Assembly: GCF_001194135.2 (NCBI RefSeq) | Contig: NC_068990.1 | Span: 92,800,262 to 92,864,261, forward strand | DNA length: 64,000 nucleotides | Direction: 5' to 3' | Source: Octopus bimaculoides | Taxonomy: Eukaryota | Part shown: positions 23,801 through 36,600 of the stretch, piece by piece | Layout of the letters: each line of letters starts with the position of its first letter | How positions within the stretch are numbered: position 1 is the first letter of the stretch | Position numbers and translations under genes: made by a program | Notes under the pieces: generated by a model | Databases searched by the model: none | The model's input: the letters and a program-made list of their open reading frames with translations, nothing else | Told to the model about the DNA's origin: nothing

Positions 23801-26800
23801 CAGTGGAGGAATATATTGTGTTTTGTTAAAGGTTTTATATATCATCATCATCATCGTTTAACGTCCGCTTTCCATGCTGGCATGGGTTGGACGATTTGAC
23901 TGAGGACTGGTGATATATATATATATATATATATGGGAGTATTGTAGTTTGCTTGAAGCATTGTGTATTGTTTTTAAAGAAAACGTTTTGAATGACACAA
24001 TGCACTATAATACAAACAATATAGCAGTGACTCGATCAATTCCTAGGGATATCTGAAGAAGGAATTTTTATTCTGAAATATTATATCAGCAGTTTGGTTG
24101 TGCTGTATCTAAAATGGTAACACATATAATGGTGGGATGTGATGGCATATTTTAGACGTCGTAATCTTTTTGAGGACTAAGAATGTTAGCTTCATATAAT
24201 AATAATAGAGTTGTCTTGTCTTTGGTCAAAATACAAATAGTTACTGTATTCATATTTAAGCAGGAAGTGAATCTTTTGCGAAATATAAGCCAAGTCCTGT
24301 GTACTCACCTCTCAGCCAATCGATAGAACACCAACACACGTAATTTATTGGTTTTGTCGGACACACACCAGTTAAAAAACTAGAAAATATAATAATTTAC
24401 ATATAAATAATTTATCGTTTATAACATTGTATTAGCCATAATAATAATAATAATAATGATAATAATGTCATTCCAGTAGTTGTAGGGGGAGCACTAACAA
24501 CCAGGTTTGACGTGAAGGTAGAATATGTTCAGAAAAGAGCAAAGGTCTTGAGATTGGTACCTGGGTGTTAAGTGCTGTGAAAAGACACCCTGTGACAACA
24601 GGTTACTGTTTGCTCTTACAGAATTAACTGGAACAAGGAAAATTGAGAGCTCGGAGAAGTAAAATGGAAACTAGCAGTCAGAGAGCACAAACCTCTGCCA
24701 AGGCAACACCAACGTCCTTGCAATGATTAGCCAGAGAGGATTTCTGAGATAAACTCGACTGCTCTCACAAACGAGAATACTAAAAATGAACCTGACCGCT
24801 CTCAAACCCTGGAGGGAGATAAAGTAAAGTTGACTTCAGAGTGCCGAGAGCTGGAACAAATACGGCAAAGTTTTTCAACTGAACTCAGATTGCAAGACAT
24901 AGTTATCTGACAATCACTTTGATGCTAATTGTATTTCAGTCAATAAAATGTTTAAAAAAGAAAAGAAAAACACAGAGAGCTGTACTGTGGCAACCTGGTT
25001 AGTGACACAGTTCACCTATAAACACACGTACATTTGAATTGTGTCTGACCAATTTATAGATGCACAATGAGAAAATGTTTTGACACTTTAAAGTAAACAA
25101 TATTGTCAAGAAATAAAACAAAATACATACACACCCATGTATGTGTGTAGGTTAAATGGTCATCATGTCACATTCTTAATTTAATTGTTTTAGCTTCAAC
25201 AGTTTCAGGTCAAGTCACTCGACAAACAAGTATAAACCAGAAATGCGCTCATTCATTCATTTTACATCTGTCTCTCCACGCTAGTACGGGTTAGATGAAT
25301 ATATAGATTCAACCAGCATGTGCTATCTCTTCACCCAGGATGTTGTACCTGTTATATAACCCGACATGCAACCACCCCCAGACACGTTACATAATAAAGG
25401 AGGGTGTCCAGCCGGTATGTGGATTCTTCAGAATATAACTATATCATTAATCATATTTTTGTTGAAATAAACAGTCTTTCCTGATAAATATCGAAAGTAA
25501 TGAAGTAATTTTGTAAAATAACCCTGATCTCATTAAGCTGGTAATTGGAACATAAATTAATATGAAATATTGATGGACTGCCTTAATTTACAACAAGAAG
25601 ACAATATCTATTTCTTTATTGCCAACAGGGGGCTAAACATAGAGGACAGACAAAGGGAATAAGTTGACTACATCGACCCCACAGCGTAACTAGTACTTAT
25701 TTAATCGACCCCGAAAGGATGAAAGGCAAAGTTAACCTTGGCGGAATTTGAACTCAGAACGTAACGGTAGACGAAATACCACTAAGTGTTTTGCCTGGCA
25801 TCCTAATGGTCAAATGAAATTTGCTGAGGCAGATATTCTATGGTTGGATGCTCTACCTGTTTCCAAACAAAGTAATATTTCCCCAAAGACCAGACATGTT
25901 TTCATGGAAGATTGAAAATGAACAACATTACTTGGACGATGGCAACCCTTGTTGAGACAAGGGCACACACAAATATATAGGCTTCTCTCAATTACTGCCT
26001 ATTAAATCCACACACAAGGCTTTGGTCAGCCCAGGGCTATGATAAAAGTTGTTTTCTAAGGTGTCACACAATGGGACAGAACCTACATGGTGTTGGGAAG
26101 CAAGCTTCTTAAGCACACAGCCACACATCTGCCGAGGTTTATATATTTTAGTTTTGTTTTTTAACTTTCCATTCAAAGGGCTCCCGGGAATATTTTATTT
26201 AATATCCACCGAGTCACAAAATCGAACTGATTGGGAACCCTTATCTTACCATATTCCTGTTGTAATACACTATCTCCGGTTCAATTCATTTTGAAAACAA
26301 TGAAGAATTTAGTAAAATAATCTTGTCATCATTAAATTGGTGTTTGGAATATAAAGTAACATGGAATTTTAATAAAACCCTTTTAAGCCTTTTGATATCA
26401 ACTTGAGACAGCCCCTGGGACTATGATAGAAACTTCCTGTTTAAAGTGATCTCAATTAAAACCTTGCATCAAAATTTCATGTTAATTTATGTTCCAAACA
26501 ACTTAATAAGGACAAAGTTGGTGTAAAGATTATTTGCCAGTGTTGCCTTACCAGCACATGAAAAACACCATTCGAGCGTGGTCGTTGCCAGAACCGCCTG
26601 ACTGGTCCTCGTGCCGTTGGCATGTAGAAGCACCCACTACACTTGGAGTGGTTGACATTAGGAAGGGCATCCAGCTGTAAAAGCTTTGCCAGATCAGATT
26701 GGAGCCTGGTGCAGCCTTCTGGCTCATCAGTCTTCAGTCAAATCGTCCAACCCACGCCAGCATGGAAAGTGGAAGTTAAATGACGATGATGATGATGATA

Positions 26801-29800
26801 ACATGGCAGTCCTGGTTTAGGACGAATGTTACTGTAATTTAGCCCCAGGAGACATCAGACTCTAAAAGTACTGATGCTGAATAACTCTTGTTGTGAGATT
26901 TACAAATAGTAATTTTCTCAGGACAAATTTATTTTACTAAATTCTTGTTTTCAAAATTAATTGAAGTAAAAGAAGTGTATTTCAACACAATACAGTGACA
27001 AAAGGGTTACAGCAGGAAGTTTACCTTGAAGAACAAGGGACAGTGTCAGGTAACATGGTATGAAAAGGGTTAAACACAAACAGACACATGAAATAATTAC
27101 AAATGAATAATTGGGACTTCCTAGAAGTGTTCTTACCTTGAGGAAAAATGGTTTAAACTTTGACTCTGATAATTTCATTACCAAACTGATGATGCTTTTA
27201 ATAATTTCTCCTTCAATTCCATCAATATCCACATTGTCTACTTTGCTAGCCTAGAGAAAAGATAAAGTGAACAGCTTATCAAAGGGACAGTCAGTGAACA
27301 TGTTTACAAAACATAATGGCCAATAAATAGGTGAGAAAACTGTTGTTATTAAACAGGTGACAAATACTTGTAATTGAACATGGAGAATTCAGTTAACAGA
27401 ATGAAAATAGTGAAAAACAAAATGTATGAAAGTATTGTTGAACTGAGAATACACACACGTCATTGTTGGTTTAATGTCTATTTTCCATGCATGGGTTAAA
27501 TGGAATTTGTTGAGACAGTTTTCTATGGCTGGATGCTTTTTTTATCACCTGCTCAAAGCAAGGTAATACTTCCTAATGGCCAGAGACACATTTCTATGGA
27601 AGATTGCAAACAAATGACATCGCTTCTATGACAGTGACACTAGTTTACAACAATTGTCCAAGTGGTTGCAAAGTAAGTTTTTTAACCACACGGCCATATA
27701 TATATGTGTGTTTGTGTGTATTTACATGTACACACACACACACACACACATGTGCACAGAAAAAAGGCAGACAGCAGTGACTCACCTTACACTGAAGTCG
27801 GAATTCAAGACATGTGAGGAAAAACTGTTCCAACTGGAGGAATTGGTTGTTGACTTCTTCTTTGGTCATTGAGTTTGTGATATGGTCAGAAAGAATGGCC
27901 ATCAAGCAGGAAATATAAGACTGAAAAATACAATAAACAATAAGAGAGACCAAGAGGAAGCCAGCATTGAGTGACCGAGAAGGAGTTCAATCCCTAGGTC
28001 TATAACATGATGTAGCTGTTGTATTTGTGGCACTGAATTGAACATAATGGGATTCAGCTGTTAGCAGAAATTGCCAGATTCTCTGTGAATGGTATCTGAT
28101 AGACTAGAATTTTATTCTGAAGGACATCTCCATAACTGCCAAACAATACTGAATCTAGTAGTGTTGGTTTTTTATAAGTTATCTTTAGACTCTTTAGAGA
28201 CATTCTTATTTTGCACATTGTCTTTAGATTTCATTTCAAAATAGAAATTAACCCTTTAACATTTAAGCCAGCCATATCTGATCAAAATAGAAATTAACCC
28301 TTTAACATTTAAGCCAGCCATATCTGATCAAAACTTGGTGTCCGTTTCATGTTCAAACTGGCCTGATTCAGTCTTTCACATTTATCCTACAAATATCATT
28401 TCTAAAAATAAACAATTACATCATTGAAACCTCAAAGCTACAAGATAATCCAGGATTAATTCAAAGAAGCATTACATTTGACAGAGTAATCTAAATGCTG
28501 AAGGGTTAATATGTAATTAAGCTCAATTCGGGTTACAAACCACACAAACTGGAAAGCTATGTGGAACAGAATAAAAGACAATCAAGATATCAGGAAGAAA
28601 TGTGACCCAGACATGATAAACTCATCATCTTCGACATCATAACATCCACTTTTCCTTGCTTGCATGGGTCCCACAGAATTCATTGAGGTAGATTTTCTGT
28701 GGTTGGATGCTCTTCCTGTCACCAATCTTCATTTGTTTCCTAGCAAGAGAATGTGATATAAGGATCAAATCAATCCAGACAATGAAGCCAGTCATCTTGA
28801 TGCAATCGCACACAAGTACCAGGCTCCCTACAATCGTCAGTCTCACCAATGTGTGACCTTGTAGCTATGTTAGAAACCTTAACTGTTTTGGCAAATAATT
28901 AGTTCCACTTCTTACTTCACTGTTGCCCCTACCATCTAAACACTTGCCCCAAGTTTTCCTTCCCAGAACTGTATCTCTCATGTTTTCTTTATGTCAACTA
29001 TGATGAGTTTGTGATGCTGTTCTTGGAAAATCTGCAAATTTTTATGCCATATTCAACATGTAAGAGTGCACTTGGACATGAGAAGACCTGCTGCTGTGGA
29101 ACTAATCTTGGGGAAAGAATTTCTCTCTTGGACATGCGTAAAAACACAAGATGTTATGTTTGTAGATTTTCCAAGAACTTCTCTTCTTTGGATTGAATAA
29201 CCAAACCAAAAGGCTCAACTAATTTCGGATGAGAAATTCTGAGGCAAACGGCTTCTTTACAGCCAGGATAACTCATTCAAGAATGAAATATTTTGTAGAG
29301 GAGAGGTTGAATTAGACAAAGAAATCTACAGCATTCTGGATAAAATAGATTTTCTCACCTTATTTTTAAGCAAATAACTCGTATATTGTTTAGTAATAAC
29401 GGTGACCAATATCCGTGGTGGAACTTTGGAAGCTATCACTGCACTGAAATTAAACAACAACAACAGTGTTAGTAAACATGTTTACAGATGTGGATGGCTA
29501 AATGCCAAGTTTAGGAAACAATTTAAATACATGGTAAGCATTTTGAAACCCTCAAATGACTTCAATCAACCACCATCACCACCATCACCATCATCACCAT
29601 CGTCATCATGATGATGAATATTTCTCTATGCTGCTATCACTTGGTCTTCCATATGATATTATCTTGGTCTTTCATCATCTCTTCTGTGACATTCAGAACC
29701 CTCTGACACGACCTTATTAATTCTCAATCAGCGTAGAACGAAAGAAATAAGGGCAGTTATTATAGTGGAGAAAAAAAAAACAAAAAAACAACTCACCTCA

Positions 29801-32800
29801 CACCTTTTAATCTGAGAACTAAGTTTGGTATATTAATATCTTCTTCACACGACAAACAGCAGATCTGGAGGGAGAAATCAAGAGAGAACGGTAGCTTATT
29901 TCAACAAAAGGGAATGTTATTAGGATAATGAATGGTTAAATTATAGAGTGGTTGTTGTTGTTAGGGCAATAGAGTTGGTAAAGCAGTTATTGTTGTAAAA
30001 ATGGGGAATAACAGAATTCTTTAGAATGGTAGGCAAATGGTCAAATCCCACCAATGTACATTTTGCCTTTTATCCCCCACCCCCTGGGTCAATAAATAAC
30101 TCCCTAGTAAGGAATAGTTTCTTATTTTATTTTGTGACTCAAAGGACAAAAGACAGCACCCATCAACCCTTTCAGGGTTTTATTCTTCCACAGATTTTAT
30201 ACACTTTGGATACTCAGCAATTCTTTATTCAGATCTCATGCTCCTTAAGCATCACACACCTGTTCCGGCAATCTAATCCCTTTCACATTTGGATTTTCCT
30301 AATACTTAGTCTTTCTCTCATCTCATTTCTACTCCGTAGTTCACACACACACACTAACATTGCACATCCAGTGGAGCATGCTTGGTTCATTCTTTTCTAG
30401 TCTTTGCAGGGTTTCCTGAATTCAGGGCCCATGTCTCACTATAATGAGACCATAATTCATAACCAAATATGTTACAATCTGCTTTGCAGTAGAGATACTT
30501 GTAAGCTTCATTTGCAGAACATCCATCCCCACTGCTAATTAGGTCTCTTAGGCAACAGAACCTATCAAGGCACTATCTTGTCTTACTTGCCTTGGTGTAA
30601 TAAAACACAAACAATACCTTTGGTGAGTCTCTGTATGTTTTTTCTAGGTATTACGGCTAAAATATGCAATGCGATACACCGTTTCATAGTACCGGTATAT
30701 TCTATAAAATGAGAAAGACGCAGTCATTGTTTCATTTTTCATTGAGGCAGATTTTCTAAGGCCTGGTACCAATCCTTATTTGTTTCCATGCAAAATAATA
30801 TTCCCTGTGATTAGAAATATTTTCACAGAAGATTGGAAACAAACAACACTGCTTGTATGGTCAGTGACATTTATTTACAACAATCACAGATTCTTGTTAA
30901 TACAAGAGATTCCAAGTATTAAAGAAGACTTACATAATCCAGAATATTTCCAATGTAGGGAGAGAGAAATACAGAATGGTACTGAAGCAGGCGCTGTAGA
31001 GCAGTGACAGTACTCAGTAACAGCAATGTGTTTCTGGAAAAAAAAAGAAAAGAAAAAAATATATATATAAACATGCAACCATGCGCTAAATGTGTACCCA
31101 ATAATATAAAGCATGGAGAGAGCTGTGTTTGTCATGTACCCCGTTACATCAACCGGCAGAGCTATGTTCAATGTACATCCAATAATATAAAGCAGTAGAG
31201 TTATGTCTATTGTGCATCCTATTATGTCAACCTGTAGAACTGTGTTCCATATGTACCCAATAATGTCAACTTGTTATCTGAGAAACGTTTGTCTTAAGAA
31301 AATAGTCCTTTACATACACAGTCGGTATTTGCATACATTTTGTATTATTAATTATCAACTGAGAGAGAGAGAGAAGCAGATACAAAGAAAGAAAAATTTG
31401 GAAAGCATTTCATAAAATTTGTTACCTGAGGAGAAAATCTCTTTTATCCAACAAATTCATGATAATAGGCATCAATGTTGGAATCTGCTTCAGTACGATG
31501 GGGTCTTCAAAAGGTGTGCTACAGATTTCGCCAATACAGAGCAAGGAGCAGGCCATCAGTTGTGGACTGTCTTCACGTTGTCTTAATATTTGTATTGAGA
31601 CTAATAATGTCTGCAAGACAGAAGTAAAAGAAAATGGTTCAACTGTTGCTGTGATTACATTTACAACTAAGATACATTAGATGATCAGAATTCACTGCTC
31701 ATGTGTGACCAACCAGAGCACACAATGCTTAACCATAATGCACAGCTGAGTTAGAAAATGGTTTCACTGGTATAAACACAAAGGATTTTGGAAAACATTA
31801 TAAAGCGCTATACATAAAAATATGGACCTCAAAATTTCTTTAATCTTTCATTCATTATTATTAGAAGGGTTTAATGAAATTAGAGTGGAAACTTCAATTT
31901 ACATGTGAACTCTCTAACAGGAATCGTTTTCAGTGGGTGGATTGGTAACATGATACTAGGGTCACTCTTGAGTAGGTTGGCAACATGGGACCAGGAAGTG
32001 GTGGTGGTTGTTGTAACACAGGACCAAACTTAATCTTGGGCAGGGTGGCAATCTGGTAGCAAGGGTGGGCTTGTGTAGGGCGATAAAAGGGTAGCAGAGA
32101 TGATAACTGAATAGAAAGTAGTTGTCATAAGACTAGGGGTTCACAACCTAGGTGTTCACTTGATTGATCATTTAGCTGTGATGTCTTACAGATGGACTGA
32201 TATGATGCGGAGAGAGATATAGTTAGAGGACACATGCATGGAGATCTAATCAGCTGCAACAATCTGTGACACCCGTACTGCATGTGGCAATAATTTATGC
32301 AAGACTTGTTTATAGTCTTGCTTCAAAATTTGCAACTGCAAGTCAGTATGTCTCTAAGAAAATTGCTTCAGCACCAGTAAGGCTGCTACAATTCAACCAG
32401 GTAACTACTTATCACCAATGTTGCTAGTGTGCCAATAATGCAGCTAATGCACCATTAAAGAGGCCACATTTCCAATAATGCAACAAGTGCTCTAGTAACA
32501 CAGCTACTGCACCAGCAGCAATGCAATTACTGTACCAACAGCAATGCAGTTACTGCACCAACAGCAATGCAGTTAGTGCACTAGCAGCAATGTAGTTACT
32601 ACACCAGTAACAATGCAGTTACCGCACCAGCTGCAATGCAGTTACTGCACCAGTAACAATGCAGTATAGGTCTCAATAAAACATACTGAAAATAACATCA
32701 AGAAAATACAAACACTACAGTAGATATTTGTCCTAGTGTTAGGGAAACTGTCCAAAAGTGGCCAATCCTTCAGACTCAGGCAATTACACAGCTTTTCAGT

Positions 32801-33561
32801 GGGAATGTTAATAAAATATTACTAGTCACCTTCTTCAGTTCGGTTGCTGCATCACATGTGAGATGACGACACAGTAACTTCAACGAATACATTGCTGTTT
32901 GGCAGATGACAATACAAGAATCATCCATTGAGTTCTCTGTGACTATCTTCTTTTCAACGATGTCTGTTAGTTTTGTTACCAATGGCAACAACATGCTGTG
33001 CTAAAATAAAAGAAAGAAAAATATTAGAGATTAATTACAAGAAGTAAAATGATGCTAAATCTTCATTAATTTCTGTTTCAAACAAAACACTTTGTATTTA
33101 TAGCGAAAGTAGCAGGAGATCGAGAGATCCCAATGCTTTCTTTAATTCTTCTGATACCAGCCTTCTTGGGACCAACCCTAGTTCTAGGACATAAAACTTC
33201 TTGCTTTAAAACGAGCTAAATTAAAACTTCCACCAAAATTTTGTGTCAAGTCCCAAACACCAGATTCATCATCATGCTGGCATGGGTGGGACAGTTTGAC
33301 AAGGGCCAGCCAGGCAGAAACCTGCACCAGACTTCGGTAACTGCTTTGGTGCTTACCAAACTCAAGCTACAAACCCAGGCATACACTTGCAATAGTCAAG
33401 CATTGCCCATCCATTATGATAACCAAGTCTGGGCTGTTCATTGTTTGACAGACTGGGGGGGGGGGGNNNNNNNNNNGCCATAGAAAACTCTGCTCCAACA
33501 TAACCTCATCCGATCCATGCAAGCAGAGAAAAGTGGACACAATGATGACAATTGTATATAT

Positions 33562-33645
<84 letters not shown>

Positions 33646-36600
33646 TGCCCCCTCATTATTGAGTATGCCCATTGCACGAGGCTTAACTGTTAACAGTGCT
33701 GTGATCAAACGTGACTTTTTAGCCCAGCTAAAGATCTACAATGTCTTGCACAGAATTGGCAGCTAAAACCTTTACCGGCAACAGCCAGCTGTAGTAACTG
33801 GGCTTCATGTACCTTTGCATGTTTAAGTCCTCCCGCTGAATTACATTCCCTTCTACATACCTGACAGATAATGATTAGTATGGTGTGTAGCACCACCACC
33901 AGCGGCCTGGTTGTCAATCATCTGTCTCGCTTTATGACTACGAGGCAGGGTCTTGCACAGATACTGCATATCAGCATCATAGGAAGACCCTCACCATCTG
34001 GAAGTGCAACAATAATGCCCTTCCTGACATCCCGCCTTACTTTCTCAATGAGATTTCCCAAAATTATACATACATAGAAAGACAGAGAGTATTGCATATA
34101 GCTACATAGCTTGTACATAACAAACTATAGTTTCAAACAATACAGCAAATCTGCATAAAATTGCAGATATTTCAAAGAAGCAAAATTGAATTTGTGAGTT
34201 CAAAGTTGAAATTCTGACCATATCTCGTGGGATTACTTCAGTGAGTTTGGTGTTGAGTAAATCCATGGACTTCTTTTGGACAGTGGTCAGTTGATGAGTA
34301 ATTAGAGTTGATATGACACTGATGAAGACTCGATTGGGCAGTAAGGTGCACACCTAGACAAAAATAGAAACAAACATAGCAAATATAAAACAACTATTAG
34401 CAAACTAGCATCACCAACCAGAACAAGATGGAGTTACTTTCAGAACTGAAATGAGAAAAAGAAACTAGCAAGGAAATGTTGAACGTAACAGACTCTCGTT
34501 AGCAACCTGTCTGAGATTAGTCCTCGAGACAAACTGCTTGGTTTTAAATGATCAAAATTAAAAACTTTCTCCCATCAAAATTTCATGTTCACTTCTATTC
34601 TAACAACAAAGTTATTTTATTAAATTCTCCATTATTTTCCAAATTAATTAAAACAAGGACAATGTATTTCAACAGATATATATGGTAACAATAAGGTTAA
34701 TTATATATAATTAATTAAATCAGAATTATATATAATTAATTAGATCAGCTTACCTTATCTAATAAGTGAGAGACTCGGCCCAAAAGTATTTTCCAGAATC
34801 GTGATGTTGGCAGTTGTTGCTGTTGGTCAGCCATCTTGGAGACCTTACTTAAGTAGTTAAAGACAACCTCAAGTAGTTTCTCATAATGTTCTTGAAGTGT
34901 AGCCTCAGATGTATTTGCTATCTGTAGACAGAAAACAGATGACATACATGCAGGAATCTATTCAAAACGTGTGTGTGTGCAAATATACATACATGTACAC
35001 ACACACTTGTATGTGTGTGTGTATTTATATATATTATCTTATAAAGTGTAACAATTGTTCTAACATAGTTATTACTCAAGAGCTCCGGGCCAAACCACAA
35101 ATTTACACACAAAGAGACATTTACATTTATAAATGTGTGTGTGTATACACACACACCAATATATCTGCATAATTATATATATATAGTAAGTCAGCCCCTT
35201 AAATACACCTACAGATAAATATATAGATAGACACAAACATGGTAGACATAGACTGATAGATACATGAAATCATCATCATCATCATCACCATCGTTTAACG
35301 TCTGTTTTCCATGCTGGTATGGGTTGGACGGCTTGACTGAGGTCTGGAGAGCCAGAGGCTGCACCAGGCTCCAATCTGATCTGGCACGATTTCTACAGCT
35401 GGATGCCTTTTCTAACGCCAACCATTCCGAAGAAACTGACAGACAGACAGACAACACTCTATACTACTAACACACACAAAGAGTATCACCAATGCAGACC
35501 ACTCACATACCCCAGTCCATCAGTTGAGTGGATACACCTACCCCTGACTCCGATTCCAGTCTATCACAGGGTACAGACATGACTGTGTGATTTAGGAGCT
35601 TGCTTTGCAACTACATATACAATACCTTGAGCAAGTATCTTTGCTGTAGCTTTGAATTAATCAGAGCCAGTCTCAGAGGCTTTCAAAAAGGTCGTGGACA
35701 TCACCCTTCCTCCCTTAAGTTTTCCATTTTTGTTTATTTTCAAGTTCCTTTGTTTAACCTATCAGCTACAAACAAAAATTAAGAGTTTCAATACCTGGCT
35801 GATAAATTCTGTCCGTTCAAGCAGACTTACAAAGAAGTTCACGGAGGAATATTTGAAATGTCGAAGCTGTTTGGATGTGTGGTATTCAGTGTTAAAGATT
35901 TCAGTATCCGCACATCGCAGTTGTGTCACAATTTCAGGGACTGATTTCTTCTTCCCTGCACCTAAAGAGGAAAAAAAAAAAAAAAAAAAAAAAAAAATTA
36001 CCATTAATAAGATGTCTGTTTATAGCCAGGAAACATGTTTGGCTGGTGTTAAGAAGGGTGTTCAGCTGTAGAAGCCATGCTAGAGCAGACAGAGTATGAT
36101 GCAGTCCTTCAATCTGTCAGATCTTGTCAAACTATCCAACCCATGCCAACATGGAACATGGGTGTTAAAAGATGATGATGAATTGTTAAAATGATTAGTG
36201 TTGATTGAGAGATCTAATTAGAAATAAACTTACTTTGCTTTATCTCAGTTGGAAGTGTAGATAAATACAGCAACCCATCTCGGATAGCGTCAAGTTGTTG
36301 CTCAGGTGGGAACTGGAAGCTTAAATTCAAGGCAAATTCCAGCTCTGGTGGTGGACCCTCAGGAGATTGAGAATTATATAATGATGACTTTTGTTAGGAA
36401 TGAAAAGAGAAAACAGAAATAAGTGAGTCTTCAGTAAAAATGGCAACAGAGAAAATTATTGTATAAACTATTTGCAGTTCTTGATCATTATTACATTAAC
36501 CCTTTTGTATTTCTGTTGAAATGCTCTGTGCTTCTTTCAATTACTTTAAATATAACAAAGAATTTAGTAAAATAACTTAGTTATCATTAAGCTAGTGTTA

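Noticed and set aside
32501-32665. CRISPR-like array
   Set aside because: Contiguous repeats without unique spacers, in a eukaryotic intron.
33455-33476. G-quadruplex or hidden feature at the G12 run
   Set aside because: A single homopolymer adjacent to an N gap; the sequence here is unreliable.
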